In this document: positions 1 through 8,723 of the stretch, piece after piece | Layout of the letters: each line of letters starts with the position of its first letter | Position numbering within the stretch: position 1 is the stretch's first letter | From: a virus | Lineage: Duplodnaviria > Caudoviricetes | Direction: 5' to 3' (one strand) | DNA length: 58,854 bases | Virus record (IMG/VR): IMGVR_UViG_3300028025_000002 | Coordinates: 1-58,854 of that record | The notes under the pieces: model-generated | Told to the model about the DNA's origin: nothing | Databases searched by the model: none | Seen by the model: the letters and a program-made list of their open reading frames with translations, nothing else | Position numbers and translations under genes: made by a program

Positions 1-127
1 AAAGGGATACCGTACTTACTCTTTGAGAATGTTAAAGGACTCCTCAATCACGACGGAGGAAGAACCTTCGAAATCATCCTTGAAGTCTTGGATGGCATGG
101 GGTATGACTGTCAATGGGAATTGCTTG
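1..127. repeat. Terminal direct repeat, copy 1 (circular overlap)
   Basis: 1-127 is identical to 58728-58854 and the MTase reading frame runs through the junction. Confidence 0.97.
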
Positions 128-765
128 ACAGCCAAAATTTCGGCGTCCCACAGCACAGAGAAAGGATATTCCTTATCGGACATCTTAGAGGAAAACCCCG
201 ACCAAAAGTATTTCCTATCGGAGCAACAGGTAGAAGCAATGATGAAGCGAACACGCAAAAACGAGAAGGAAGGCAGGGGCTTTTCTCCGACATTTCTCCG
301 ACCCTCGACGCCCACTACTACAAAGGAGGAAACTCTCGACAGTATGTAGTTGAGCAGTTCATTCGTCGAGATAATTCTTTTAGAACTTTTGAAAATGTAG
401 CACCAACATTATTAGCCCACATGGGAACTGGTGGAAATAATGTTCCTTTTGTTCGTCCAGTTCTTGATGTAGCAAGAGTAAACAAGTCACCAAACGGGCG
501 ACTCATTAAAGATGATGGAGACCCGATGTACACGATAACAGCGCAAGACCGTCACGGAGTTCAAATCGGAGACGAAGATGGTTTTGCGATTAGAAAATTA
601 ACTCCCTTGGAGTGCGAGCGCCTTCAAGGATTACCCGATGGATGGACGGAGTTCTACGATGACGGACGACGAGTTTCAGATTCCGAAAGATACGAACGGT
701 GCGGAAGAACAATTACAATTCCAGTTGTGGAAGCGATTGGTAGAAGGCTTCATGAGTTCTACTGA
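1..765 (+). CDS. C5 cytosine DNA methyltransferase, C-terminal part
   Basis: Motif VIII FGVPQHRERIF, motif IX RKLTPLECERLQG, motif X variant RYERCGRTITIPVV. Confidence 0.95.
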   Translation, partial: KGIPYLLFENVKGLLNHDGGRTFEIILEVLDGMGYDCQWELLDSQNFGVPQHRERIFLIGHLRGKPRPKVFPIGATGRSNDEANTQKREGRQGLFSDISPTLDAHYYKGGNSRQYVVEQFIRRDNSFRTFENVAPTLLAHMGTGGNNVPFVRPVLDVARVNKSPNGRLIKDDGDPMYTITAQDRHGVQIGDEDGFAIRKLTPLECERLQGLPDGWTEFYDDGRRVSDSERYERCGRTITIPVVEAIGRRLHEFY

Positions 766-1399
766 GCCATTCTCTTTTGACACAATCGATAACTTTGACG
801 AACACATTGCTCAGTCAATCCCTAACTATCACACGCTGACCGAGGCAATCTGTGACCTCAGTACATACTTCATGACCGAAGATACCCAAGTGATTGACCT
901 CGGCTGTTCAACTGGAAAACTACTTGAGCAACTTCCTCATCGTGGTAAAAAAATTGGAATTGATATAGCCGATAATCTTTTGCCTGAGTCACATGATGAA
1001 ACTATGTATATCCGTAAAGACTTGAGAGCCTTTAATGGTTTTGGTAAATCAAGTTTGATTCTTTCTAACTTCACTCTTCAGTTCATTCCATACGAGGACA
1101 GACCAAACATCCTGAGCATCATCTATGAATCTCTAGTTGAGGGTGGGGCTTTTATATGGGCTGAGAAAGTCCGCGAAGAATCAGGCGAACTCGAGCAAGT
1201 AATCCATGGCGCTCACTATGATTTCAAGCGCAAAGCCTTTAGCGCTGAAGAGATATTAAACAAAGAACGCGACCTTCGACCAATCATGAAAGTAAACACT
1301 TCCATGAGAAATCAGATAATGGCAGAGAACGCAGGATTTACAGTCGGCACAATGTTTTGGAAGTTCTTTAACTTCGAAGCATGGATTTACATTAAATGA
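752..1399 (+). CDS. CmoA-like (carboxy-SAM synthase-like) class I SAM-dependent enzyme
   Basis: FSFD..FDEHIAQSIPNY, DLGCSTG, NFTLQF, AEK, DFKR, FNF motifs follow the CmoA pattern; overlaps the MTase stop. Confidence 0.8.
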   Translation: MSSTEPFSFDTIDNFDEHIAQSIPNYHTLTEAICDLSTYFMTEDTQVIDLGCSTGKLLEQLPHRGKKIGIDIADNLLPESHDETMYIRKDLRAFNGFGKSSLILSNFTLQFIPYEDRPNILSIIYESLVEGGAFIWAEKVREESGELEQVIHGAHYDFKRKAFSAEEILNKERDLRPIMKVNTSMRNQIMAENAGFTVGTMFWKFFNFEAWIYIK

Positions 1400-2583
1400 A
1401 AGCGAAGATAAAAGTTGGGCAAGTTGCTTCAGTTCCTTTGTCATCCCTTGAGGCATATCCGACAAATCCTCGTCGTGGCGATATTGAAGCGATTGCTCAG
1501 TCTCTCAAAGCCCATGGGCAATATAGACCGATTGTTGTTCAGTATGGTTCGAATTTTATCTTGGCAGGAAACCACACATACAAAGCGGCAAAGAAACTCG
1601 GCTGGAAAAAAATAAAGATTACTTATGTTGATGTAGATGAAGAAAGCGCTCGCAAGATTGTTTTGGCTGATAATCGCATGACTGACCTAGCGACCTATAA
1701 CGAGCCATTACTCAAAAGTTTATTGACCGCACTTCCTGAACTCGAGGGAACAGGCTTCACTCAATCTGAGGTTGAGACTTTAGATAGGCTGATGACTGGT
1801 AAAGATAAAGACCCTGTGGGCGGTTCTAAGCCTTTACCTAGCGACCCTGAAGTAAAGGTTAGCGCTTGGAAGTTTACAGTCGAGATGGAGGCTTACAAGG
1901 CTTGGAAAGAGCAACTTTATGTAGATGCTCCTACAAAACAAAAAGCCATCAAAGAGATTAAATCCCGATTAGGATTACCTGAGAGAAAGCCAGTTGAGCC
2001 TGAGCCAAGCGGTGAGCGCTCTGAAGTTAGCGCTGAGGATATAGAGACAGTCTCCATTAACGAGATTAAGGTTCATCCACTTAATCCAAGAGAAGGCGAC
2101 ATTGGTTCAATCATTGAGTCCCTTACACACATGGGTCAATATCGACCTATCGTGGTCAATAAAGTAACAAAACATATTCTCTCAGGGAACCACACCTATC
2201 AAGGGGCGGTTCAGTTAGGGTGGGAGAAGATTGCCGTTCATTGGGTTGAGGTTGATGATGTAGAGGAAATCAAAATCCTTATCGTAGATAACCGCACCTC
2301 TGACTTGGCAACATACGACCCACAGGAGTTAAACAAACTTCTGACGAGTACGGGCTTGCGGGGAACAGGCTTTAGTGCGGAAGAAGTTGCCGAAATCTTG
2401 GGTGGGGGAAAATCCAAGCCTGGGCATATTCCTGTGGGTCGCACCACCATCCGAGTAGGCGAACATTCAATGAGAGTTCATACAGAGGACTTAAACGAAT
2501 GGGCTAATTCAATCTATGGCTGGAAAGATGTTGCTGAGTTATTATTGATGCCTATTGAAGCGTGTACAACCGAGGTAGAATAA
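1396..2583 (+). CDS. Tandem ParB/sulfiredoxin-like N-terminal domain protein
   Basis: Two copies of NPR.GDI..I..SL...GQYRPIVV...ILxGNHTY...DNR. Confidence 0.85.
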   Translation: MKAKIKVGQVASVPLSSLEAYPTNPRRGDIEAIAQSLKAHGQYRPIVVQYGSNFILAGNHTYKAAKKLGWKKIKITYVDVDEESARKIVLADNRMTDLATYNEPLLKSLLTALPELEGTGFTQSEVETLDRLMTGKDKDPVGGSKPLPSDPEVKVSAWKFTVEMEAYKAWKEQLYVDAPTKQKAIKEIKSRLGLPERKPVEPEPSGERSEVSAEDIETVSINEIKVHPLNPREGDIGSIIESLTHMGQYRPIVVNKVTKHILSGNHTYQGAVQLGWEKIAVHWVEVDDVEEIKILIVDNRTSDLATYDPQELNKLLTSTGLRGTGFSAEEVAEILGGGKSKPGHIPVGRTTIRVGEHSMRVHTEDLNEWANSIYGWKDVAELLLMPIEACTTEVE

Positions 2584-2587
2584 AGAC

Positions 2588-2716
2588 ATGGAAAAGAAGG
2601 TAGGACGATACTGGTTCGCTTGTGGACGCAAGAGCGGGTTTGGTATTGGCTTCAATATCAGTAAGTACGGTTGGGATATTGATTTAGGATTTTGGTACAT
2701 CGGGATGGAGTTCTAG
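2588..2716 (+). CDS. Small hypothetical protein (42 aa), probably leaderless
   Basis: MEKKVGRYWFACGRKSGFGIG...; TAGAAT lies 6 nt upstream; stop overlaps the next GTG. Confidence 0.55.
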   Translation: MEKKVGRYWFACGRKSGFGIGFNISKYGWDIDLGFWYIGMEF

Positions 2717-3234
2717 TGGCAACGGCAGTAGCAAAGAAAGAACCCGCTAAACCAAAGGGGCGACCTAAAGGGACGACAGTTCTCCTTGATGATATTAAAC
2801 GCGAGGAGTTAATCAACCTCATTGTTCTTGGTATGCCAGTAAACAAAGCGGTAGCCATGGTAAACATTGCTGAGTCCACTTTTTACAACTGGATGAGTCG
2901 TGGAATGGTTGAGCGAGATAGGTTAGCGACGCTTGCTGATGCTAAACCTAAACCCGAGGAGAAAATATATTTAGATTTTTTGGAGTCACTCACACGGGCG
3001 CGAGCGGAAGCAATCGCTAAAAAGGTTGCAGTTATCTCAAGTGCGGCAAGCCAAGGGGATTGGAAAGCGTCGGCTTGGTGGCTAGAGCGTCAAGTCCCTG
3101 AAGATTTTGGTCGCATTGATAAGCAAGAGGTTTTGAGTCATTCCGTATCAGAGGTTAGAGTTACAGTCACTATGGGAGAACTACAAGAAAAGATAGCCAA
3201 AGTCCTCGAGTCCCGTAAGACAAAGAGCGCTTAA
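2716..3234 (+). CDS. Terminase small subunit (putative)
   Basis: GRP motif, HTH (IAESTFYNW), DWKASAWWLER; directly upstream of TerL. Confidence 0.75.
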   Translation: MATAVAKKEPAKPKGRPKGTTVLLDDIKREELINLIVLGMPVNKAVAMVNIAESTFYNWMSRGMVERDRLATLADAKPKPEEKIYLDFLESLTRARAEAIAKKVAVISSAASQGDWKASAWWLERQVPEDFGRIDKQEVLSHSVSEVRVTVTMGELQEKIAKVLESRKTKSA

Positions 3235-3237
3235 CTT

Positions 3238-4839
3238 ATGAGCGAGAGACTTCTCGATAAGTTCCTCGAAAGCGATTCCAATAAACAGGCTGAGTTGCTT
3301 GCGATGCTTACACCTGAAGAGCGTCATGCCCTGTTAGTAATCCTTGATGCCGAACTAGATAACCCTTGGGCTAGATGGCAAGGCGACCCAGTTGGTTTTG
3401 TTGAGCAAGGGCTAGGCGAGACTTTGTGGAGTAAACAAAAAGAGATTCTTAATTCCTTGCTAGTAAATAAAAGAACGGTAGTTCCTGCTTGTCACGCGCC
3501 TGGGAAATCTCACCTTGCGGCGCGAGCAGTTGCTTGGTGGCTATCAACCCATGCGGCGGGTACAGCGGTAGCAATTACAACAGCGACCACACACCGACAG
3601 GTCAGAAACATTATGTGGCCGCATATTCGAAGAGTTCACGCTAAACATAACTTGCCTGGCGAAGCCGATACGGTTCAATGGAAAATCAATGGCACCGTAG
3701 TTGGATACGGATTTAGTCCAAGCGCTCACGACGAAACAGCGGTTCAGGGTATTCACGCACCTAACTTGCTCGTAGTAGTTGATGAGGCTGGAGGTTTATC
3801 AGACACAATCGGTGGCGCCCTTGAATCTCTTATGACGGGTGGAAATACAAAACTACTTGTCCTTGGTAACCCTCCAACAGATACAGAGCAAACATGGTTC
3901 GAAAGAATCTGCTCGAGTCCGCTCTATAACATCATTCCAATCAGCGCATACGACACACCAAACTTTACGGGTGAACCAACTGGCAGATGTCGCTCATGCC
4001 CTGACTACATAGAAGCCCATGAAGTAAAAACTCACTTGGTTGATGAGACTTGGGTACATGATGTTATTTCTGAATTCGGTGAGGATTCTCCATTCGTTGA
4101 AGCCCGTGTCATGGCTCAGTTCCCTAAGTCAAGTACAGGCAAGGTAATTCCTTTTGCTTGGGCTGAGTTAGCAACAGAGAACGAAGAGCCGATTGAATCT
4201 AAGGTAATCAAACTTGGAGTTGATATTGCATCCGACGGCGGAGATGAATTTGTTATCGCTCGACTAGATGGCGGAGCAGTCAGTATTGTCCATCGCTCAT
4301 CGGGTAAACAAAACGCCAACGCAGTTGATGTTGCTGGTGTGGTCATGCGAGAGGTCGAAGCCTGTATCAAGATTCATCAGGATAGAGAAATCAGGGACAG
4401 AGTTAGAGTCAAAGTCGATACCATCGGATTAGGTTGGGGCGTTGTCTCCATGCTGGATAGATGGTGCAAAGAGCGAGCGCTACCCGCTGACATCATCGGA
4501 GTCAATGTAGCCGAGAAGCCTAAAGACCAAGCCAAATTTAAGAATCAAAGAGCCGAGATGTGGTGGAACGCCCGTCAGTTGATTCAACCCAAGGATGGCA
4601 AGCAAGAGATTCGATTGAATGTAGATAGATTCGTCTTATCGCAGTTGGCAGGACCAACCTATACATCGGATGCTTCAGGTCGAGTTGTTATTGAATCAAA
4701 GATAGACATGAAGAAAAGAGGCGTTGCTTCTCCTGATAGAGCCGAGGCAATCCTCCTAGCACTTTATGAGAATCGCTCGGTCATTCAAAGCATCGCCCCT
4801 ATCTCCATCGGTCAGTCGAATCAATGGGGAACTTTGTAA
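3238..4839 (+). CDS. terL: Terminase large subunit
   Basis: Walker A HAPGKS, Walker B VVVDEA, GNP coupling motif, nuclease GVDIA and SPDRAEA. Confidence 0.93.
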   Translation: MSERLLDKFLESDSNKQAELLAMLTPEERHALLVILDAELDNPWARWQGDPVGFVEQGLGETLWSKQKEILNSLLVNKRTVVPACHAPGKSHLAARAVAWWLSTHAAGTAVAITTATTHRQVRNIMWPHIRRVHAKHNLPGEADTVQWKINGTVVGYGFSPSAHDETAVQGIHAPNLLVVVDEAGGLSDTIGGALESLMTGGNTKLLVLGNPPTDTEQTWFERICSSPLYNIIPISAYDTPNFTGEPTGRCRSCPDYIEAHEVKTHLVDETWVHDVISEFGEDSPFVEARVMAQFPKSSTGKVIPFAWAELATENEEPIESKVIKLGVDIASDGGDEFVIARLDGGAVSIVHRSSGKQNANAVDVAGVVMREVEACIKIHQDREIRDRVRVKVDTIGLGWGVVSMLDRWCKERALPADIIGVNVAEKPKDQAKFKNQRAEMWWNARQLIQPKDGKQEIRLNVDRFVLSQLAGPTYTSDASGRVVIESKIDMKKRGVASPDRAEAILLALYENRSVIQSIAPISIGQSNQWGTL

Positions 4840-4887
4840 CTCACCCTAGAGATTCGCAGTCTGCCTCTTTTGAAGTAGATAAACCAG

Positions 4888-5286
4888 TTACGCATCTATG
4901 AAATTTTCAGGCTGGATGTCGTAAACAGATTCGTAGAGCAGTTGTCCGCCTTCCCAATCAGCCCAGTCACCATCGCTGGAGATTTTGATGTTATCTCCAA
5001 AGACTTTCTTGGCATGAATGAGCGAAGCAGTCACGGCAATGTCGTAAGGCTTTTGAGCAGTCTTGCAAAAATTGAAATCAACTCCGTCAGCGCTTACAAA
5101 GAAAGTTTCATGAGCCTCGGCTCCGACTCCGTTAAATACGATTTTGTCATCTCCGTACTCTTCATCGGCAATGTCGATTCCTGCTTCTTGAGCAGTAGCC
5201 ACTATCTGCTTGACGCCTTCAACGAACTCAATGAACTTCTCTCGAGATGGTTCCTCGATAAAGTTCCAGTAATGTGTGTACCCCAT
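4888..5286 (-). CDS. Hypothetical phage protein (MGYTHYW...FCKT..KPYD)
   Basis: GGAGG RBS upstream; last gene of a minus-strand operon. Confidence 0.7.
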   Translation of the reverse strand: MGYTHYWNFIEEPSREKFIEFVEGVKQIVATAQEAGIDIADEEYGDDKIVFNGVGAEAHETFFVSADGVDFNFCKTAQKPYDIAVTASLIHAKKVFGDNIKISSDGDWADWEGGQLLYESVYDIQPENFIDA

Positions 5287-5287
5287 T

Positions 5288-5440
5288 TTATGCAACCTCC
5301 CTTTTGTTTAGTTCATCTGTGATTTCTTCTATGCGCTTCAAGTATTTTTGGCGCTTCTCTTCAGTTGTGTTCCAGTTTGTCAGTCTTTGGTAATAAATGC
5401 CAAGACTTTCTTGGAGTGTCTGAGTGCTGATTCCTTGCAT
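5288..5440 (-). CDS. Small hypothetical protein
   Basis: RBS; coupled to its neighbours. Confidence 0.6.
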   Translation of the reverse strand: MQGISTQTLQESLGIYYQRLTNWNTTEEKRQKYLKRIEEITDELNKREVA

Positions 5441-5796
5441 TACGCCACCTCTTTTTCTAGGCATCGGTTTCTCCACCAAGCACCCTCAAGAGTTTTTGCT
5501 GGAGTTAAAACATTGATAAACGATTCAGGAGCCTCGTAGTAACAAGGACCTTCTGATTCTCCTAAGACTTTTACAGCCACAGAGCCATTCTTGCGACGAG
5601 TCAAAAAGACAGTTGCAATGACTGAGTTATCTTCAAGTTTCTTAAGGGCTACATAAAAAGCCTTTTGACCATATTCATTTTTACCCTCGAAGATTTTAAC
5701 TGGCTCGTAAACACCATCATAGGTACTTTTGAGATACCAGTTAATAAATTGCTTGGTGGTGATATTGCTACCGACCTGAGTTACATCCCACCCCAT
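5440..5796 (-). CDS. DUF6927-like hypothetical protein
   Basis: MGW start, K.LGESEGPCYYEAP...WR pattern. Confidence 0.55.
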   Translation of the reverse strand: MGWDVTQVGSNITTKQFINWYLKSTYDGVYEPVKIFEGKNEYGQKAFYVALKKLEDNSVIATVFLTRRKNGSVAVKVLGESEGPCYYEAPESFINVLTPAKTLEGAWWRNRCLEKEVA

Positions 5797-6050
5797 TACG
5801 CAACCACCTTTTCGAATTGAGCCAACACCTTTTGTCTTTGAGCCTCGGTGAAGATTGCGTCCTCAGCCTTGTATGGCTCGTTGTTTAACTTGCCATAAGT
5901 TTCGATTGTTGCGTTTGCTTGACGAATGGCATATTCCTTACCAACGCCATACCAAGTTCCCTCAGTTTCAACGCCGTCTACGAACGCGTTAATCTGCCAG
6001 CCTTTGCCGTAAGGCGCGATATTTGTCGCCTTGATAATTACTTTTTTCAT
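5796..6050 (-). CDS. Hypothetical early protein
   Basis: Follows a motif promoter and GAGAGGAG RBS. Confidence 0.7.
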   Translation of the reverse strand: MKKVIIKATNIAPYGKGWQINAFVDGVETEGTWYGVGKEYAIRQANATIETYGKLNNEPYKAEDAIFTEAQRQKVLAQFEKVVA

Positions 6051-6077
6051 TATGTTCTCCTCTCTAAGAACAAGTCC

Positions 6078-6106
6078 AGTATATCCTACTGGGGTTTAGA
6101 AATCAA
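6078..6106 (-). promoter_or_regulatory. Promoter with AACCCCAGT spacer motif
   Basis: TTGATT-N17(tctaaaccccagtagga)-TATACT on the minus strand. Confidence 0.75.
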
Positions 6107-6478
6107 TTAGGCACTAACTAATTCCTTGACAAGATTTTCAGCAGTTTTGTAATACTCGGCAAACATCTTCTTGAAAGTCTCTTCTTCGCCCACAATGTAC
6201 TTTCCGATGTCAGTAGCATTAAAAGTTCTCTTTTGGTATTTCTCTCCTGCTTTACCGTTCTTCAAGATAGATACATAAGAGACCTTCAAAGATGCTTCAG
6301 GAATTCGCTTGCCATATTCCCAAGCCTCATTGATAGAGGCGTAGTTCAAGTAATACTCTTCGTCAAAGATTTTTACCTTGGCTAGATTTCCCTCTATTGG
6401 GAAACTTAAAGAAACTGTTGCTTCGTGATGAACAGTTGTAACAGTTTCGCTTCTTGTTTCAATTTCATATTGACTCAT
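6107..6478 (-). CDS. Hypothetical protein
   Basis: ORF coupled to 6478-6690. Confidence 0.7.
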   Translation of the reverse strand: MSQYEIETRSETVTTVHHEATVSLSFPIEGNLAKVKIFDEEYYLNYASINEAWEYGKRIPEASLKVSYVSILKNGKAGEKYQKRTFNATDIGKYIVGEEETFKKMFAEYYKTAENLVKELVSA

Positions 6479-6690
6479 TAGTTGCTCACCCCTATTCCGT
6501 AACCTTCTCTAACAGCCTGTTGAACGCCTTGCTTGATTTCACCGACAGCCCACTCAAAGTTTTCTTTGTTGGCGATGTTTTCTACATGAACACCAGTTGC
6601 CTTTGTGCCGTAGTAAATCTCGTAGATGCCGTAGCCCTCTACTTTGTAAAGCCTGTACTGCCCAATCTTCTTGACTGCTTTCTGAGCCAT
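6478..6690 (-). CDS. Hypothetical protein
   Basis: Follows a motif promoter and RBS. Confidence 0.7.
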   Translation of the reverse strand: MAQKAVKKIGQYRLYKVEGYGIYEIYYGTKATGVHVENIANKENFEWAVGEIKQGVQQAVREGYGIGVSN

Positions 6691-6717
6691 CTGATTCCCC
6701 TCTCTGAGAACAAGACC

Positions 6718-6741
6718 ATTATATCACAACTAGGGTTGGTT
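6718..6741 (-). promoter_or_regulatory. Promoter with AACCCTAGTT motif and extended -10
   Basis: aaccaaccctagttgTGaTATAAT; nearly identical to the copy at about 42972-42995. Confidence 0.78.
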
Positions 6742-6985
6742 ATTCACCTTTTCGACAATGATTTCCTTGATTTTGTCGGTGTCCTCTTTAGATACCCCGA
6801 CGCCTATAACCACGATTTTGTCTGACCAGTTGCTCACTTTGCTACCTCTTCTTTCACAAAGATTCCACCGATTTCACGGCGCTTTAGTTCTATCGCCCAA
6901 CACTTACCGCACACCACAAAGAACTGATGCCCGTAACCTTCTTCAAGAATGTTGAATTGGGCTTGGCACTCATCGCAAGTCTTTA

Positions 6986-7147
6986 TCACTTTGCCACCTC
7001 TTCCTTGATAAAGATTGCTGTGATTCTGTACTTACCGCCGACCCAAGCAGTCGCAGTTATCGCGTAAGCCTCAGCCTCACCTTTAGTTTCGAAGTAATAC
7101 TTTTCTTTCCAGCCCTTGATTTCTACCTCGTAGATTTTCTTAGCCAT
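6986..7147 (-). CDS. Small hypothetical protein
   Basis: MAKKIYEVEIKG...; GAGAGGA RBS; motif promoter at 7177-7205. Confidence 0.65.
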   Translation of the reverse strand: MAKKIYEVEIKGWKEKYYFETKGEAEAYAITATAWVGGKYRITAIFIKEEVAK

Positions 7148-7176
7148 TTCGTATCCTCTCTTAACCTCGTACACTA

Positions 7177-7205
7177 AGTATAACATAACTGGGGTTAGAA
7201 ATCAT
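7177..7205 (-). promoter_or_regulatory. Promoter with AACCCCAGTT motif
   Basis: ATGATT-N17(tctaaccccagttatgt)-TATACT. Confidence 0.75.
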
Positions 7206-7256
7206 CCCGACACAAAGACTAATTTCTTCGAACAGGTGTTCGGGTACACTTTTCCC

Positions 7257-7685
7257 ATGTCTCTTACACCAGCAGTCTCCGCACTTTTGAAGGCTTCATG
7301 CCCAACCGCAACTCAGGATGTAAGAGCCAACCTTGAGAACCGTGCCAAAGCCATTGAGACGGCTTCCTACGGTCCTCTAAACCCTTCCGAGCCTAATGAT
7401 GACTACTGGGCAAAGATGGGCGCTGAATGGGGCGTTAGCGCCGAAGAAGCCAAGAAGCAAAGATGTGGCAACTGTGCGGCGTTTATCCAAACCTCAGCGA
7501 TGCTCCAATGTATCGAAGGCGGATTAGCCCAAGGCGATGACCGAGTGACCGCTTGGGAAGTCAGCGAGGCTGGCGAGTTGGGATATTGCGAGGCTTTTGA
7601 TTTTAAGTGTGCGAGCGCTAGAACTTGCCGTGCTTGGATTGTCGGAGGTCCAGTTACAGATTCAAATGCAGGGCGCTTGAAGTAA
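7257..7685 (+). CDS. Cys-rich hypothetical protein, probably leaderless
   Basis: CP.ATQD...YGPLNP...RCGNCAAF...GYC...FKC..RTC.AW; TACACT lies 6 nt upstream. Confidence 0.7.
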   Translation: MSLTPAVSALLKASCPTATQDVRANLENRAKAIETASYGPLNPSEPNDDYWAKMGAEWGVSAEEAKKQRCGNCAAFIQTSAMLQCIEGGLAQGDDRVTAWEVSEAGELGYCEAFDFKCASARTCRAWIVGGPVTDSNAGRLK

Positions 7686-8080
7686 TGTACGAGTACCGAG
7701 TTAAACAAGTTTTGAAAGTTGTCGATGGTGACACTATTGATGTCATTATCGATTTAGGTTTCGATGTCTCTTTCACCTCCCGAGTTCGCCTTGCTGGAAT
7801 CGATACTCCTGAATCTCGAACAACAGATGCAAGAGAAAAAATCCTAGGGGTCGAAGTAAAAGATTATTTGAAAAAGGCTTTAGAAGGCGCAACCGATATT
7901 GTCATCCGCACCGAGAAAGCGGACAGTTCAGAAAAGTACGGCAGAATTCTTGGATGGCTATTTATCAATCGCCAAACAGATTCGCTCAACATGGAATTAG
8001 TGAATAAGGGCTACGCTTGGTCTTACGACGGTGGAACTAAGAAGAAAGATTTTGAGGAGTTGTTGAGGAAAAGACGATGA
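7685..8080 (+). CDS. Thermonuclease (SNase family)
   Basis: VVDGDTID, RVRLAGIDTPE, KYGRILG, N.ELV..GYA. Confidence 0.9.
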   Translation: MYEYRVKQVLKVVDGDTIDVIIDLGFDVSFTSRVRLAGIDTPESRTTDAREKILGVEVKDYLKKALEGATDIVIRTEKADSSEKYGRILGWLFINRQTDSLNMELVNKGYAWSYDGGTKKKDFEELLRKRR

Positions 8081-8213
8081 GCAAAGGAACTTCTAAAACC
8101 AAACACCCTTTTAATCCCATACAGATTAAAGATGGCTGGATAGTGCGACTTTACAAAGACGGAAGAATCAAAGAGTGGATTGAAAAATATCCACCTGAGT
8201 CAAAGAAAAAGAA

Positions 8214-8420
8214 ATGACCGCGATGGTTCGGACACCTATTGAAGTGTTCGAGAACTGTGATAGATGCGGAGCCAAGGCAAAGGTCGGAGCATCTTTTCTA
8301 AGTGGAGAACTATTTTTTTGTGGACATCATGCAAAGACTTTACAACCGCACTTGATAGCAAAGGCGATAACTATTTATGACCCTGAACGATATATGGAAA
8401 AACGAGAACCACTCGGCTGA
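8214..8420 (+). CDS. Small Zn-ribbon protein
   Basis: CDRC...FCGHH. Confidence 0.65.
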   Translation: MTAMVRTPIEVFENCDRCGAKAKVGASFLSGELFFCGHHAKTLQPHLIAKAITIYDPERYMEKREPLG

Positions 8421-8487
8421 TTGCTACCGAGTAATTCCCGTTCCTAATCCAACTTACTTCGAGTCCCGAGTAATCTGTGTGTGCGGA

Positions 8488-8679
8488 TTACAGGGCTTCG
8501 ATAATCGAAGTAATCAGAGTCGTAATAACGACCAATACAAAACTTCCGAGCAGAGTGACACCCCATAGGTATCGCAGTTCAGGAAACTTTGCTGGCTCTC
8601 TCTTTTGCTTAACAACTTGATTGATAATCTTTGGTTGTACCAAAGCATCAAACTTTTGGTTTACCTCTTGTTCGTTCAT
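8488..8679 (-). CDS. Small membrane protein
   Basis: C-terminal hydrophobic helix; GAGAGGA RBS; degenerate motif promoter at about 8697-8716. Confidence 0.65.
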   Translation of the reverse strand: MNEQEVNQKFDALVQPKIINQVVKQKREPAKFPELRYLWGVTLLGSFVLVVITTLITSIIEAL

Positions 8680-8723
8680 ATATTCCTCTCTGTTGTAATC
8701 ATATACAACTAGGGTAGAGGATA

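Noticed and set aside
23-349. 108-aa alternative-frame ORF inside the MTase (ILEENPDQKYFLS looks MTase-like)
   Set aside because: It is fully overlapped by the intact MTase frame and I see no independent start signal; unsupported, though worth a homology check.
88-765. MTase as a truncated pseudogene lacking motifs I-VI
   Set aside because: The missing part is at 58422-58727 and joins in frame across the junction.
1396-2583. ParB as evidence of a plasmid-prophage partition system
   Set aside because: There is no ParA or HTH/parS module; only N-terminal ParB/Srx domains in a modification-terminase context.
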